Program-made: the position numbers and the translations under genes
Part shown: positions 9,401-18,715 of the stretch, in pieces
How positions within the stretch are numbered: position 1 is the first letter of the stretch
How the letters are laid out: each line of letters starts with the position of its first letter
The notes under the pieces: model-generated
Told to the model about the DNA's origin: nothing
The model's input: only the letters and a program-made list of their open reading frames with translations
Databases searched by the model: none
Origin: a virus
IMG/VR virus record: IMGVR_UViG_3300025769_000077
Coordinates: 34,406 to 98,405 of that record
DNA: 64,000 nt
Direction: 5' to 3' (one strand)

Positions 9401-9856
9401 ATGTTTGTAGGTTACAAAAGAAGAGCTGTCGTAACAGCTCCAACAGAAACAGAACCGCGTTTTACTTTACATGAGTTTAAAGGAACCGGTACAGCACGTA
9501 AGTTTGAATTAAACACCGTTGCTGGAGAAGCATTAGGTGTATCACAAGGTGACTATGTTACCTTTGGATGGCAAGAAGATGATGAAAATCTTTATCTATA
9601 TAAAGTAGATAGAGAAGCTCTTGCTGAAGATGAACAAAAATATGCTTTTAGGTTAACTAAAGAGTTAACTTTCTCTAACAAAGGAGCATATGAATCAATT
9701 GCAGAAGATTATTCTATTAACCCTGAAGAAGGTGGTAATGTGAATGTAGAAATTACTGAAATTGATGGAGTAAATTATTTAAAAATGGTTGTACCTACTG
9801 AAGGTGAACCAGAATTAACTGAAGAAGAAAAAGAAACCTGGAAAAATGGCATTTAG
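9401..9856 (+). CDS. hypothetical acidic protein
   Basis: 151-aa ORF in the replication block. Confidence 0.65.
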   Translation: MFVGYKRRAVVTAPTETEPRFTLHEFKGTGTARKFELNTVAGEALGVSQGDYVTFGWQEDDENLYLYKVDREALAEDEQKYAFRLTKELTFSNKGAYESIAEDYSINPEEGGNVNVEITEIDGVNYLKMVVPTEGEPELTEEEKETWKNGI

Positions 9857-10655
9857 CGGAAACGAAAGTGGTTCTACGGAATCACGTAAAAGACTTTATA
9901 TAGGTCTTGAAAAATTTAAAGTAACAGCATTTAACCCTAACAAAGCTCAATTAGCTGAGATGGGTATAATTGTTGATGATGAACTTAATTACATCTCTGA
10001 AGATGAAGGTGTAAAAACATCAAGAGTTGCAATTTACTTGGATAATGATGATACAGATAACAATGTTAAAACTGTATTGTCTATCTTCTTAAGAGATGAA
10101 CACCAAACTACTATGAGTGGTAAACTCAAGTGGATTAACAATGAAGGTATTAGCTTCTATGGTACTCAAGAAGATATTGATAACAAGAACTTTTATGATT
10201 GGATGAAACAAGAAGATGAAGAAGGTAATACCAAAGTAGATTTGGAAAGCTTTGTTCCTTGTAAATCTAATCAAGAAGAACTTGTTAATTTCATTAAAAC
10301 ATTTGCTAACGTAAAGAACGGTGATCCAGCTTATATTGAAAACATGGATGCATTGTTTAATGGTGACTTTAGCGAATTAAATGGTCTATTAGAACATTTT
10401 CCTAATAATAAAGTAGGTGTTCTATTAGGAGTTAAGACTAAAGACGATGGTACTTTAGTACAAACTCATTATTTGAAGAAGTTTGAGAGAGGTTTCTCTA
10501 CTGACATGTCTTATCTACAAACTAGTGTAAATAGCTGGAGAGAGAATGGTGGTGGATCTAATGTAGACTTTGGTAACTTCCCTTATAACTTTAGAGAATA
10601 TGTTCCAACTGCAGCAGGAGTTGATTCTTCTGCAGAAGACGATATACCTTTCTAG
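9846..10655 (+). CDS. putative single-stranded DNA-binding protein
   Basis: acidic C-terminal tail ...AEDDIPF; located between ATPase and primase. Confidence 0.75.
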   Translation: MAFSGNESGSTESRKRLYIGLEKFKVTAFNPNKAQLAEMGIIVDDELNYISEDEGVKTSRVAIYLDNDDTDNNVKTVLSIFLRDEHQTTMSGKLKWINNEGISFYGTQEDIDNKNFYDWMKQEDEEGNTKVDLESFVPCKSNQEELVNFIKTFANVKNGDPAYIENMDALFNGDFSELNGLLEHFPNNKVGVLLGVKTKDDGTLVQTHYLKKFERGFSTDMSYLQTSVNSWRENGGGSNVDFGNFPYNFREYVPTAAGVDSSAEDDIPF

Positions 10656-11633
10656 ATGTTTAAAGGTAGTGTAATCAAAACTGTAACAGAAGAGTTAATA
10701 TTATCACATACGACTGATTATGATATATATAATTATTACTTACCGGATTATACTCCAGGTAAAGGTTGTACAAACAGTCCTCTGAGAAATGATGGTATTC
10801 CTTCATTTGGTGTATTTTACGCTGACCGTTACAGTATATGGATGCACAAAGATCTTTCTACTGGAGAAAAAGGAAACTGCTTCACTTTTGTAAGAGATTT
10901 ATTCTCTTATGGTACGTATTATGAAGCATTATTAAGAATAGCTCAAGACTTTGGTATAGCTGAAACAAAGGTAAAGTTAAAACCAAAGGTTAAACCTAAA
11001 CCTTCTTATTCTTATGGGTCTATACAGATAAGTGTAGTAAACAAAGAATTTGAAGAATATGATTTAGAATATTGGGATCAATACAAGATATCGAAAGATG
11101 TACTTAATCTATATAAGGTTGAGTCAGTGAGATATCTTGTATTCTCATCCCATTTCTCAACATGGTCTAAACCAGTGGATAAATATGCTTATGCATATCC
11201 TGAAACTAAAGATGGTAATATTTGCTATAAGATATACCAACCTTATAGTAAAGACAAATGGATTAATAATTATAAACCTGGAACACATTCCGGATATGAA
11301 CAACTACCTTCAACAGGTGAACTCCTTATAATTACCAAATCTTTAAAGGATGTAATGAGTATATATGCTACTACTGGTATTCCAGCTATAGCTGTTCAAA
11401 GTGAAAGTGCTAGTATAAAACAAGAAGTATTCGAGGAATATAAATCTAGATTTGCTAACTTAAGACTACTGTTTGATAATGACAAAGCAGGTAGAAAACT
11501 ATCTAAAAAGTTTAGTGATAAGTATGATATTCCTGAAATGATTATACCTGAACAGTTTAAAAAAGATTATTCAGACAACGTCAAAGAATACGGATCTAAA
11601 ATCAGTAAAAATATTTTAATTGATTTAATATGA
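10656..11633 (+). CDS. dnaG: DNA primase (crAss-type DnaG/Toprim)
   Basis: SPLRNDGIPSF N-terminal motif; Toprim IITKSLKDVM...FDNDKAG...KDYSD. Confidence 0.88.
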   Translation: MFKGSVIKTVTEELILSHTTDYDIYNYYLPDYTPGKGCTNSPLRNDGIPSFGVFYADRYSIWMHKDLSTGEKGNCFTFVRDLFSYGTYYEALLRIAQDFGIAETKVKLKPKVKPKPSYSYGSIQISVVNKEFEEYDLEYWDQYKISKDVLNLYKVESVRYLVFSSHFSTWSKPVDKYAYAYPETKDGNICYKIYQPYSKDKWINNYKPGTHSGYEQLPSTGELLIITKSLKDVMSIYATTGIPAIAVQSESASIKQEVFEEYKSRFANLRLLFDNDKAGRKLSKKFSDKYDIPEMIIPEQFKKDYSDNVKEYGSKISKNILIDLI

Positions 11634-11920
11634 ACGTTGGAATAAGAAATGTAAGTTATTTTAACGGCTTATATGATAATAAAAGTGAAGAAATAATACT
11701 TCCTACTAACTTGTCTACCAAGTTAGATCTAAGTGCTGTTAAAATAATAAGAATGATGGGTTGCGTATATATGATTCCAACTAAAGAAGGATATTCTGTA
11801 AGGAATCATAAGATATCAATGCCTAGACAAATATTTAAGTTGTATTTTGGAACAACTAAAAAAACCAAGCTAAAATTAATTTTTAAAAAGAATAAAATTC
11901 AAATAACATGTCAAAATTAG
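11630..11920 (+). CDS. hypothetical protein
   Basis: 96-aa ORF overlapping both neighbours. Confidence 0.55.
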   Translation: MNVGIRNVSYFNGLYDNKSEEIILPTNLSTKLDLSAVKIIRMMGCVYMIPTKEGYSVRNHKISMPRQIFKLYFGTTKKTKLKLIFKKNKIQITCQN

Positions 11921-12156
11921 TAACAATTTATTCATCAGTAGGAGAGTCTAAAAAAGAAGTTAGAACTGATGCTGAAAACTGGGGAGAACTTCAAGTAGAC
12001 CTTAATGGAGCAGGTGTATCTATTGATGGAAAAAAAGTAATTCTTAAGCAAACAAAAGCAACTTTAGAAAGTTCTGAAGCTGTATTACCGACTACAGATT
12101 TTGCTATTATGCTTATTCCAGGTAAAGTAAAATCTGGTAACGAAAAAAAGCACTAA
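11908..12156 (+). CDS. ubiquitin-like (beta-grasp) protein with C-terminal ...KVKSG-NEKKH
   Basis: 82 aa; strand-strand-helix-strand pattern; final hydrophobic strand followed by KSG; directly upstream of E2-like, JAB and E1 genes. Confidence 0.7.
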   Translation: MSKLVTIYSSVGESKKEVRTDAENWGELQVDLNGAGVSIDGKKVILKQTKATLESSEAVLPTTDFAIMLIPGKVKSGNEKKH

Positions 12157-12231
12157 GTCCTTGTCGTACTAGAAAAGTCAATGATAATATTGCTAAGTTA
12201 TTTAGTAGTATTCCTAGACAAGACGATAAGG
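12144..12231 (+). promoter_or_regulatory. candidate -1 programmed ribosomal frameshift signal
   Basis: in-frame A_AAA_AAG at 12144-12150; stem CCTTGTCGT/ACGATAAGG begins 8 nt downstream; -1 frame open to TAG at 12288-12290. Confidence 0.6.
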
Positions 12232-12279
12232 AAGATAAAGATGCTCAAGCAGTTCTAAAAAGATTGAAGGAAGAATTCA

Positions 12280-13296
12280 ATGTCGACTAGTAATCAAAGA
12301 TATGAAGGGAGTTATACACTCCCTTCTTCTTATAACAAGGATAATTATGATAAACTAATAGATTTACTGAACTTATATTTTAAGGATAATTGGTGTTTTA
12401 ATAATGATGGTGTTGAATTTACAGGTATTGAGTTAGTTATTAAGTTTGATAGATTGACTATAAGTAATTCTAGAAATAGATCTCATACTATTAATGATTT
12501 ATATGTATTTTTATATATAAATGAACAAGGAATTCTTAACACTGCTAGTATTAAAGGTGGTCGTGGTAAATTAAGTTCAAGTGAATATGCTAGTAATTAT
12601 AAACATTCTCATTTAAGTGGAAATGTTTTAAAAAAAACATGGTTTTGTACCGGAAGTGGTCACATTAATGAAGCTTTAGCTAACTGTTGTGATGAATTTA
12701 ATATAGATAATTTTGATATTCTATTTGCTAATTTATTATCATTTGTTGAATGGGAATCCTTAGAAGGAGTTCCTTATAAATATATGAGTAATATTAGATT
12801 AAATGACGGAGTATCTTATTTATGTATTGATCAAGATTTAACACGTAGAATTATAGAAAAATTAAAAAAAGATGACTTTGATTTAAGTATTAGAACTAAT
12901 CCTACTGTTGTTATAAATCAGAAGTTTATAGATGCTTGTGTTAAAAACGGATGTCCTTTAGGTTACGAAGCAGATAATGGTAATTGGTGTACTGATATAT
13001 CACAACAATCTAGTAATAACTCATTAAAAACAGATTTTTCATTTAAAAACAAAAAAGTTATTTGTGAAATAACTTCAGATATAAATGATAAAAAAGAAAT
13101 TGAAAAAAAACCATATATTAAACAAATAGAAAATGTTGCAAGAACAATTGAAACAAGAATCAAGCTTGAAAGAATCAAAGATTCCTTCTACTCCAGCTCT
13201 GAGGTTAGTGAATTCTGGAAAGAAATTCAAATTAGTGATTTCACAAGAACTGAAGTTGACAATAGAGAAACTATGCAAAGAAATTTCGCATATTGA
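12280..13296 (+). CDS. prokaryotic E2 (ubiquitin-conjugating)-like protein
   Basis: YKHSHL...WFCTGSG resembles the E2 HxH/HPN motif followed by the catalytic Cys; WESLEGVPY; sits between Ubl and JAB. Confidence 0.7.
   Translation: MSTSNQRYEGSYTLPSSYNKDNYDKLIDLLNLYFKDNWCFNNDGVEFTGIELVIKFDRLTISNSRNRSHTINDLYVFLYINEQGILNTASIKGGRGKLSSSEYASNYKHSHLSGNVLKKTWFCTGSGHINEALANCCDEFNIDNFDILFANLLSFVEWESLEGVPYKYMSNIRLNDGVSYLCIDQDLTRRIIEKLKKDDFDLSIRTNPTVVINQKFIDACVKNGCPLGYEADNGNWCTDISQQSSNNSLKTDFSFKNKKVICEITSDINDKKEIEKKPYIKQIENVARTIETRIKLERIKDSFYSSSEVSEFWKEIQISDFTRTEVDNRETMQRNFAY
12304..12330 (+). terminator. terminator-like hairpin inside the 5' end of the E2-like ORF
   Basis: GAAGGGAGT-TATAC-ACTCCCTTC-TTCT. 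Confidence 0.55.
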
Positions 13297-14209
13297 GTGG
13301 TCAGGACCTATCTTTTACGAGATATTAGAAGGAAATATGAAAGATCCTTCTAAGTTGGTTATTAAAGCATTTGACTTTAGATTAATGGATATTGGTACTT
13401 CAGGATATACAGAGTATGAAACTGATGCTGATTTAGGTATGTTTATGTTTGATAATAATTACGTAGATAATATTAAGATGGGTCATATGCACTCTCATCA
13501 TACTATGAAAGCTTACTTTTCTGGTACAGATAATGGAGAATTAATTGACAACGCACCTAACCATAACATCTACTTAAGTCTTATTGTAAATAATAAGATG
13601 GAAAACGTAGCAAGAATTGCTTATGTTGTTAAATCAAATATAGGTGGAACAGTAACAGTAAAAGATATAGATGGTTCTGATTTAGTTCAAGGATATCAAG
13701 ACGAAGATTACATTGAGTATTTAGATGCTGATATTGAATATGAGCAACCTACAATGGATTTTACAGATCTTGAAGCAAGAATTAAAGAATTACGTCCTAA
13801 ACCTAAATCTTATGGTACTTTTATAACACCTGGAAAACATCGTCAAAGTGTATATGGTTTACAACAAACTTTAAAAGATACTCCTGGATTTGAAATTGAT
13901 AAGACTATAAAACTTAAACAATTTGTATCTAAGTTTCTTAAAGGAGTGAGTTTTAGTGGTACACTACAAGACGCAATGAGAGAATTAGCTCTAGCTTATC
14001 CTAGTTCTACTAGTTTTACTCCTTATGTGGAAAAACAACATAGAGAAGGATTTGGTAGAAGAGCTTATGAAACAGTATTTGGATTACCTTATAAACAACA
14101 AGAGTATTACATAATTTTACTTGAAGCTATAATGATGATGGATGATTTAACTTATTGTCAATATCATTTTAACATGTTAATGTCTTGTTTTGAATCATTT
14201 ACAGACTAA
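13133..14209 (+). CDS. JAB/MPN+ (JAMM) metallopeptidase
   Basis: EWSG...GHMHSHHTMKAYFSGTD matches E...HxHx7SxxD. Confidence 0.88.
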   Translation: MLQEQLKQESSLKESKIPSTPALRLVNSGKKFKLVISQELKLTIEKLCKEISHIEWSGPIFYEILEGNMKDPSKLVIKAFDFRLMDIGTSGYTEYETDADLGMFMFDNNYVDNIKMGHMHSHHTMKAYFSGTDNGELIDNAPNHNIYLSLIVNNKMENVARIAYVVKSNIGGTVTVKDIDGSDLVQGYQDEDYIEYLDADIEYEQPTMDFTDLEARIKELRPKPKSYGTFITPGKHRQSVYGLQQTLKDTPGFEIDKTIKLKQFVSKFLKGVSFSGTLQDAMRELALAYPSSTSFTPYVEKQHREGFGRRAYETVFGLPYKQQEYYIILLEAIMMMDDLTYCQYHFNMLMSCFESFTD

Positions 14210-14871
14210 TGAGTAGATTTGAAAGATTTAAAGAAGCAGCATGGTTCGGTATGAACGAATTACCTGTTGTTGTAGGTGGAGTAGGTGGAATCGGTTCTTG
14301 GGTAGCTTTATTGTTATCCAGAACCGGTTGTAACCTTATAATCTATGATATGGATATTGTAGAAGAAATAAATATGGCAGGACAATTATACAGTACAGAT
14401 AGTATAGATCAGTTAAAAATAGATGCTGTTACAGATATTGTAGATAAATTTAGTCCTGGCACTGAAATCGATTCTTTTGAAGAATACGATGAAGAAGGAA
14501 TGGTAACTCCTATTATGTTTTCTTGTTTTGATAATATGAAAGCTAGAAAGCAAATGTTTGAAAACTGGAAGAAACAAGAAGATAGAGAGTTATTTATAGA
14601 CGGTAGACTTTTAGCTGAACATTATCAAGTGTTTGCTGTAAGAAAAAGTCAAGAAAAAGAATACGAAAAACACTTATTTTCTGATGATGAAGTAGAAGAA
14701 GCTCCTTGTTCGTATAAACAAACTTCACATTATGCTGCAGGAATTGCATCTAAAATGGTTGCTTGTTATACAAATTACTTAGCTTTAAAAGCAGAAGATG
14801 AAACTGCTGAAGTTCCTTTCTATCATGAGTTTATGGGTAAAATATTTTATTTAGAATGTTATTACGTATAA
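14209..14871 (+). CDS. ThiF/E1-like adenylating enzyme
   Basis: GGVGGIGS, YDMDIVEEINMAGQ, CFDN, IDGR; candidate catalytic Cys in EAPCSYKQT. Confidence 0.9.
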   Translation: MSRFERFKEAAWFGMNELPVVVGGVGGIGSWVALLLSRTGCNLIIYDMDIVEEINMAGQLYSTDSIDQLKIDAVTDIVDKFSPGTEIDSFEEYDEEGMVTPIMFSCFDNMKARKQMFENWKKQEDRELFIDGRLLAEHYQVFAVRKSQEKEYEKHLFSDDEVEEAPCSYKQTSHYAAGIASKMVACYTNYLALKAEDETAEVPFYHEFMGKIFYLECYYV

Positions 14872-15434
14872 ATAATAGTAACTATTCAAATATTGATAGC
14901 AATACTTATTCTTTATGTAATTTTGCATTAAAACCTACAGATGATTATATTCCTTTACATTATCTAGTTAACATAGTGAATTTAAAGAGTAATCATCACA
15001 TAATTAACGTAGTTAAGCGTATTATTCCTTGTATATTTTCAATATCTGCAGTTGATTCTATGATTAACTTACATTATATGTATGCTCCTTTTAATTATAC
15101 AGTTAAAAATGTAAATTATAACGTTAATCCTGGTTTAATATTTGACAACAATGATAACATTATTGCATTAACTGTTGTAAAGAACATAGAAAACTTCTAT
15201 AAAAAAACAGAATACACAATTCTTTTAAATGATGAAGTAGGTAAATCTATGATAAGCAGATTAATCAATAAAATGAAATCTAATATATTAACAGGAAAAG
15301 TAGTTATTGAGTATAAAACTCAAGAAGAATTGAATTTATTTAAAAAGTTACCAGAGAAAGTTAAGATAAACACATTAAAACAAAAACAAGAATATGCTGA
15401 AAAGCTAAAATCATATGCATTCAGGAATAGTTGA
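14856..15434 (+). CDS. hypothetical protein overlapping E1
   Basis: 192-aa ORF; no recognisable motif. Confidence 0.55.
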   Translation: MLLRINNSNYSNIDSNTYSLCNFALKPTDDYIPLHYLVNIVNLKSNHHIINVVKRIIPCIFSISAVDSMINLHYMYAPFNYTVKNVNYNVNPGLIFDNNDNIIALTVVKNIENFYKKTEYTILLNDEVGKSMISRLINKMKSNILTGKVVIEYKTQEELNLFKKLPEKVKINTLKQKQEYAEKLKSYAFRNS

Positions 15435-15981
15435 AAAGGGTGAAGGGTACGTTAAAATCACGTACCCTTTATATCCTGTCCACGTTCAAATTAATGAACC
15501 TAAAAAAAACACTACTAAGAAAAAGTTTAAAAAAGTAAGTGGACAAAACATTTATTCACAAGGATCTCCTTTCTTTAGAAAGATAATAGTGCAAAAAATG
15601 CACGAATTCCTTTCTAACATAGAGAAGTTTGATTTGAGTTCATATCCAGTAGAAATAGAAATGGAATGGCACATGATACCGAACTTTCAAAGTATAAGAA
15701 TGATTGGGGAAAAACTATCATTAGGTAAACAAAAAGATCACTACAAACCTACATTTGATTGTATCAATCAATGGTTATGGGTGAAAACCTTTGAAGATGT
15801 CCTTGTTAAAGATTTAGAAATTTTACAGGATGATAATGTATCTTTTATATCATCAAGTGGTAAGATAACATTTGTACCTGTAGAAGAGTATGAAGATCGT
15901 AAATTGGTATTTATTATTAAAGAAAGTGATTTAGAAACAAGAGAAAAATGGTTAAATTTGTTCAACTATGAGTATGACTAA
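15415..15981 (+). CDS. RusA-like Holliday junction resolvase (putative)
   Basis: FDCINQ...KTFEDVL...ILQDDN resembles the RusA DxxN...KxxxD...DD pattern. Confidence 0.6.
   Translation: MHSGIVEKGEGYVKITYPLYPVHVQINEPKKNTTKKKFKKVSGQNIYSQGSPFFRKIIVQKMHEFLSNIEKFDLSSYPVEIEMEWHMIPNFQSIRMIGEKLSLGKQKDHYKPTFDCINQWLWVKTFEDVLVKDLEILQDDNVSFISSSGKITFVPVEEYEDRKLVFIIKESDLETREKWLNLFNYEYD
15443..15470 (+). terminator. hairpin just after the stop of the 192-aa ORF
   Basis: AAGGGTACGT-TAAAATC-ACGTACCCTTT. Confidence 0.55.
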
Positions 15982-16043
15982 AAGACTTATTGAGTTAATA
16001 GAGTCAGGACTCAGTGAGAGAGAAGCAGTAAATAAATTATATA

Positions 16044-16973
16044 ATGACCGATTATCGAAAAGTAGACGCGCTGAATCAAAGCAGTCTAAAATTACTACAA
16101 GCAGATCAGGATCCTTTGCTATTCAAAAAAGAACGAGATCCTAGTATCGCACCATGGTTTATATTTGGACAACTAGTTGATGTCCTTTTATTAGAACCAG
16201 ACAATTTTACAGATTATTTTTTTACCTGTAAAGATTATGAAGTACCTTCAGATACAATTAGAAAGATTGTAGATAATGTTTATGCTAATTCACCAGAAGG
16301 TGAATTGAAAGATAAAGATATAGATACAGTACTTAATAATATCGATTGGTATAACAATTGGAAACCTGCAACTAGAAAGAAGAAAGTTATTGATGAAGGA
16401 ACTACTTATTTCAACAATTTGAAAAGTGGTAAACTTATAGTTAAAGCTTCTGAAGTAAGATATGCAGGACAGTGTGTTGAGAAAATTAAATCAAATCCTT
16501 ATTGCTCTAGTTTATTGAATTCATTTGAACCTAAAGTTCAGATATATTTCAATTATAGAGATATAGATTGTAAAGCGGAACTTGATTTTATAGTAAGAAT
16601 CAACAATACAATAATACCTGTTGATGTTAAAACAACAAGTAAAGGTATTTATGACTTTAAGTATAGTTTCTATAAATATAGATACGATGTACAAGCAGCA
16701 TTCTACACCTTAGCATTGGAAAAACAATTTCCTGATGCTATAATTGCACCTTATGTTTTTATTGTGGTAGATAAAGATACACAGGATGTAATGGTCTTTG
16801 AAACAACAAAGAATGTTATTAAAGGTGGTAAAGAAGGATTCATGTCTAAAACCGGTAAAATATATGAAGGTTACGACAAAATGATTGACAGATATATATT
16901 TCATGAAGAGTTTGGATATGATTATCCAATGGAGTATATGGTCAATGGTGTTAGTACAATTGATTTAATATGA
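16044..16973 (+). CDS. PD-(D/E)xK exonuclease (RecE/ExoVIII-like)
   Basis: LNQSSLK, FGQLVDVLLLEP, CKAELD...DVKTT, YRYDVQAAFY. Confidence 0.85.
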   Translation: MTDYRKVDALNQSSLKLLQADQDPLLFKKERDPSIAPWFIFGQLVDVLLLEPDNFTDYFFTCKDYEVPSDTIRKIVDNVYANSPEGELKDKDIDTVLNNIDWYNNWKPATRKKKVIDEGTTYFNNLKSGKLIVKASEVRYAGQCVEKIKSNPYCSSLLNSFEPKVQIYFNYRDIDCKAELDFIVRINNTIIPVDVKTTSKGIYDFKYSFYKYRYDVQAAFYTLALEKQFPDAIIAPYVFIVVDKDTQDVMVFETTKNVIKGGKEGFMSKTGKIYEGYDKMIDRYIFHEEFGYDYPMEYMVNGVSTIDLI

Positions 16974-17500
16974 GAAGAACTAAAACTTATGGATTTTTAC
17001 TACCTTTATTAAAAATAAGTAAATTATCTTTTCAAAACAGGGTAATAAATGCTTATTTAGGAGATGATGAGTTCGACGGAGATCCTACTTATCGTATTTT
17101 TGTAGTTCACAGTAACTACCAAGATTCAAAGTTTTCCGAATGGGAAAACCAATTAATGAATTTAGATCATATTGTAGCAAGCTATGATATAAATGAATCA
17201 CAACAGTGTGTCAAAGTATTTGACATACCTGAAGAATTCCATAGGGATTATGAAAAGTTTTTATCGGGGAAATATTCTGAAATGTCTTTAGCTGCACAGA
17301 AAACAGTTGAATCATTTCATGGGGATAAATTCTATACAATGGTCTTTACTAAAGACCCTAAAAGAAAAGCTTATGTAGAAGCTTTAATAGGACAAAAAAT
17401 AGGAAAACAAGAAGTACACAGTATACCCAATATACAACAAGAGACTCTAGATAAAGAAAAGAAAACAAAAATTAAAAATATATCACATGTTAAGTCATGA
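16970..17500 (+). CDS. conserved crAss-like hypothetical protein
   Basis: FLLPLL...INAYL...FDIPEEF...GKYSEMS; commonly follows the nuclease. Confidence 0.65.
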   Translation: MRRTKTYGFLLPLLKISKLSFQNRVINAYLGDDEFDGDPTYRIFVVHSNYQDSKFSEWENQLMNLDHIVASYDINESQQCVKVFDIPEEFHRDYEKFLSGKYSEMSLAAQKTVESFHGDKFYTMVFTKDPKRKAYVEALIGQKIGKQEVHSIPNIQQETLDKEKKTKIKNISHVKS

Positions 17501-18197
17501 ATTTTATGAAAACAAGATTCATAAGAATTGGTTGTCTAAATACGATGACTTCTTCTTAGGTGACGACATGCAAAAAGCATTTAAAGACGTTGTAACGGAC
17601 GCAAAACAGTTTAAGATATATCCAAAGTCATTGGATATGTTTAACGCGTTTAAATACGATCCTAACAACGTTAAAGTCGTAATCTTAGGACAAGACCCTT
17701 ATCATAATTTTATGAATGGTAAAGCAGTAGCTCATGGTCTTTCCTTTTCGTATAAAAAAGCTTCTAATATAGATGCATACGAACCACCTTCTCTTCGTAA
17801 TATACTTAGAGAAGTAGAAACAGATATTTATGATGGTATGCAATTAGTACCTGGAGATACTAATTTAACAAGGTGGGCTGAACAAGGAGTATTACTTCTT
17901 AATACAGCATTAACCGTAAGAGCAGGTCAAGCAGGAAGTCATACAAATATTTGGAAAAAACCTATAAAGTTATTTATAGAACAATTTTCTAAAGATAATC
18001 CACATGTTATATGGATGTTATGGGGAAATCATGCTAAATCATTTAAGGATATAATTACACCTGGTCATATACTTGAATCAGGTCATCCTTCTCCTTTATC
18101 AGCTAATAAAGGATTATGGTTTGGTAATAAGCATTTCAGTAAAGCAAATGATATAATAGAAAAGCAAAATGGAAAAGATTACATTATTAAGTGGTAG
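17487..18197 (+). CDS. ung: uracil-DNA glycosylase family 1
   Basis: VILGQDPYH, GLSF, PPSLRNI, WAEQGVLLLN, HPSPLS. Confidence 0.95.
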   Translation: MLSHEFYENKIHKNWLSKYDDFFLGDDMQKAFKDVVTDAKQFKIYPKSLDMFNAFKYDPNNVKVVILGQDPYHNFMNGKAVAHGLSFSYKKASNIDAYEPPSLRNILREVETDIYDGMQLVPGDTNLTRWAEQGVLLLNTALTVRAGQAGSHTNIWKKPIKLFIEQFSKDNPHVIWMLWGNHAKSFKDIITPGHILESGHPSPLSANKGLWFGNKHFSKANDIIEKQNGKDYIIKW

Positions 18198-18531
18198 TGA
18201 ATTAGTATTTGACAAACACATTACTCTCGTTGACAAGAACAACAACAAGACTAATTTAGGTTTTATTACCGGTGATACTTATTTTAAAAATGAAAAAGAA
18301 TCTGGTAAACTTAAAAGACCTACTCTTGCTTGGACTGTATTAATGGAGATATATGAGAAGGTAAATCGTGTAGTATACGTTACTGATAAGTACACATATA
18401 CTTTTGATAAACCAGCTCATGATAATCCTATTATTAGAACATATCAAGGAGAGAGAAAAATAGTAATTCCAATTAAAAATTTTAAAGTAGAAGACAATGT
18501 TAAGGAAGCAAGTACAAGTAGTCAAGGTTAA
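18169..18531 (+). CDS. hypothetical protein
   Basis: 120-aa ORF overlapping neighbours. Confidence 0.55.
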   Translation: MEKITLLSGSELVFDKHITLVDKNNNKTNLGFITGDTYFKNEKESGKLKRPTLAWTVLMEIYEKVNRVVYVTDKYTYTFDKPAHDNPIIRTYQGERKIVIPIKNFKVEDNVKEASTSSQG

Positions 18532-18715
18532 TACCATGGCTGATGGAACAGTTCGTCTAACCATAGACTTATTAAGTGGTGATGGAGATGACATGAAAAC
18601 AGCTTATGAGATGATTAATGAGGGAGAAGTAACAATGATACTTACTCCTACTGAAACATTACCTCAAGCTATTATTGATGTAGGAAGAAGTTTAAGTGAT
18701 GAAGAATCACACTAA
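18497..18715 (+). CDS. hypothetical protein
   Basis: 72-aa ORF, TMADGTVRLTID motif. Confidence 0.55.
   Translation: MLRKQVQVVKVNTMADGTVRLTIDLLSGDGDDMKTAYEMINEGEVTMILTPTETLPQAIIDVGRSLSDEESH

Noticed and set aside
12181-12258. 25-aa ORF MIILLSYLVVFLDK... in the Ubl-E2 gap
   Set aside because: Very short, lies within the predicted stem-loop and does not fill the gap; the -1 frame explains the region better, though this ORF cannot be excluded
13102-13110. A8 run as a frameshift fusing E2 to JAB
   Set aside because: JAB is in the +1 frame relative to E2, not -1, and has its own ATG at 13133
14209-14871. ThiF as a thiamine or molybdopterin biosynthesis gene
   Set aside because: No thiG/thiS/moaE/rhodanese neighbours; the context is Ubl, E2-like and JAB
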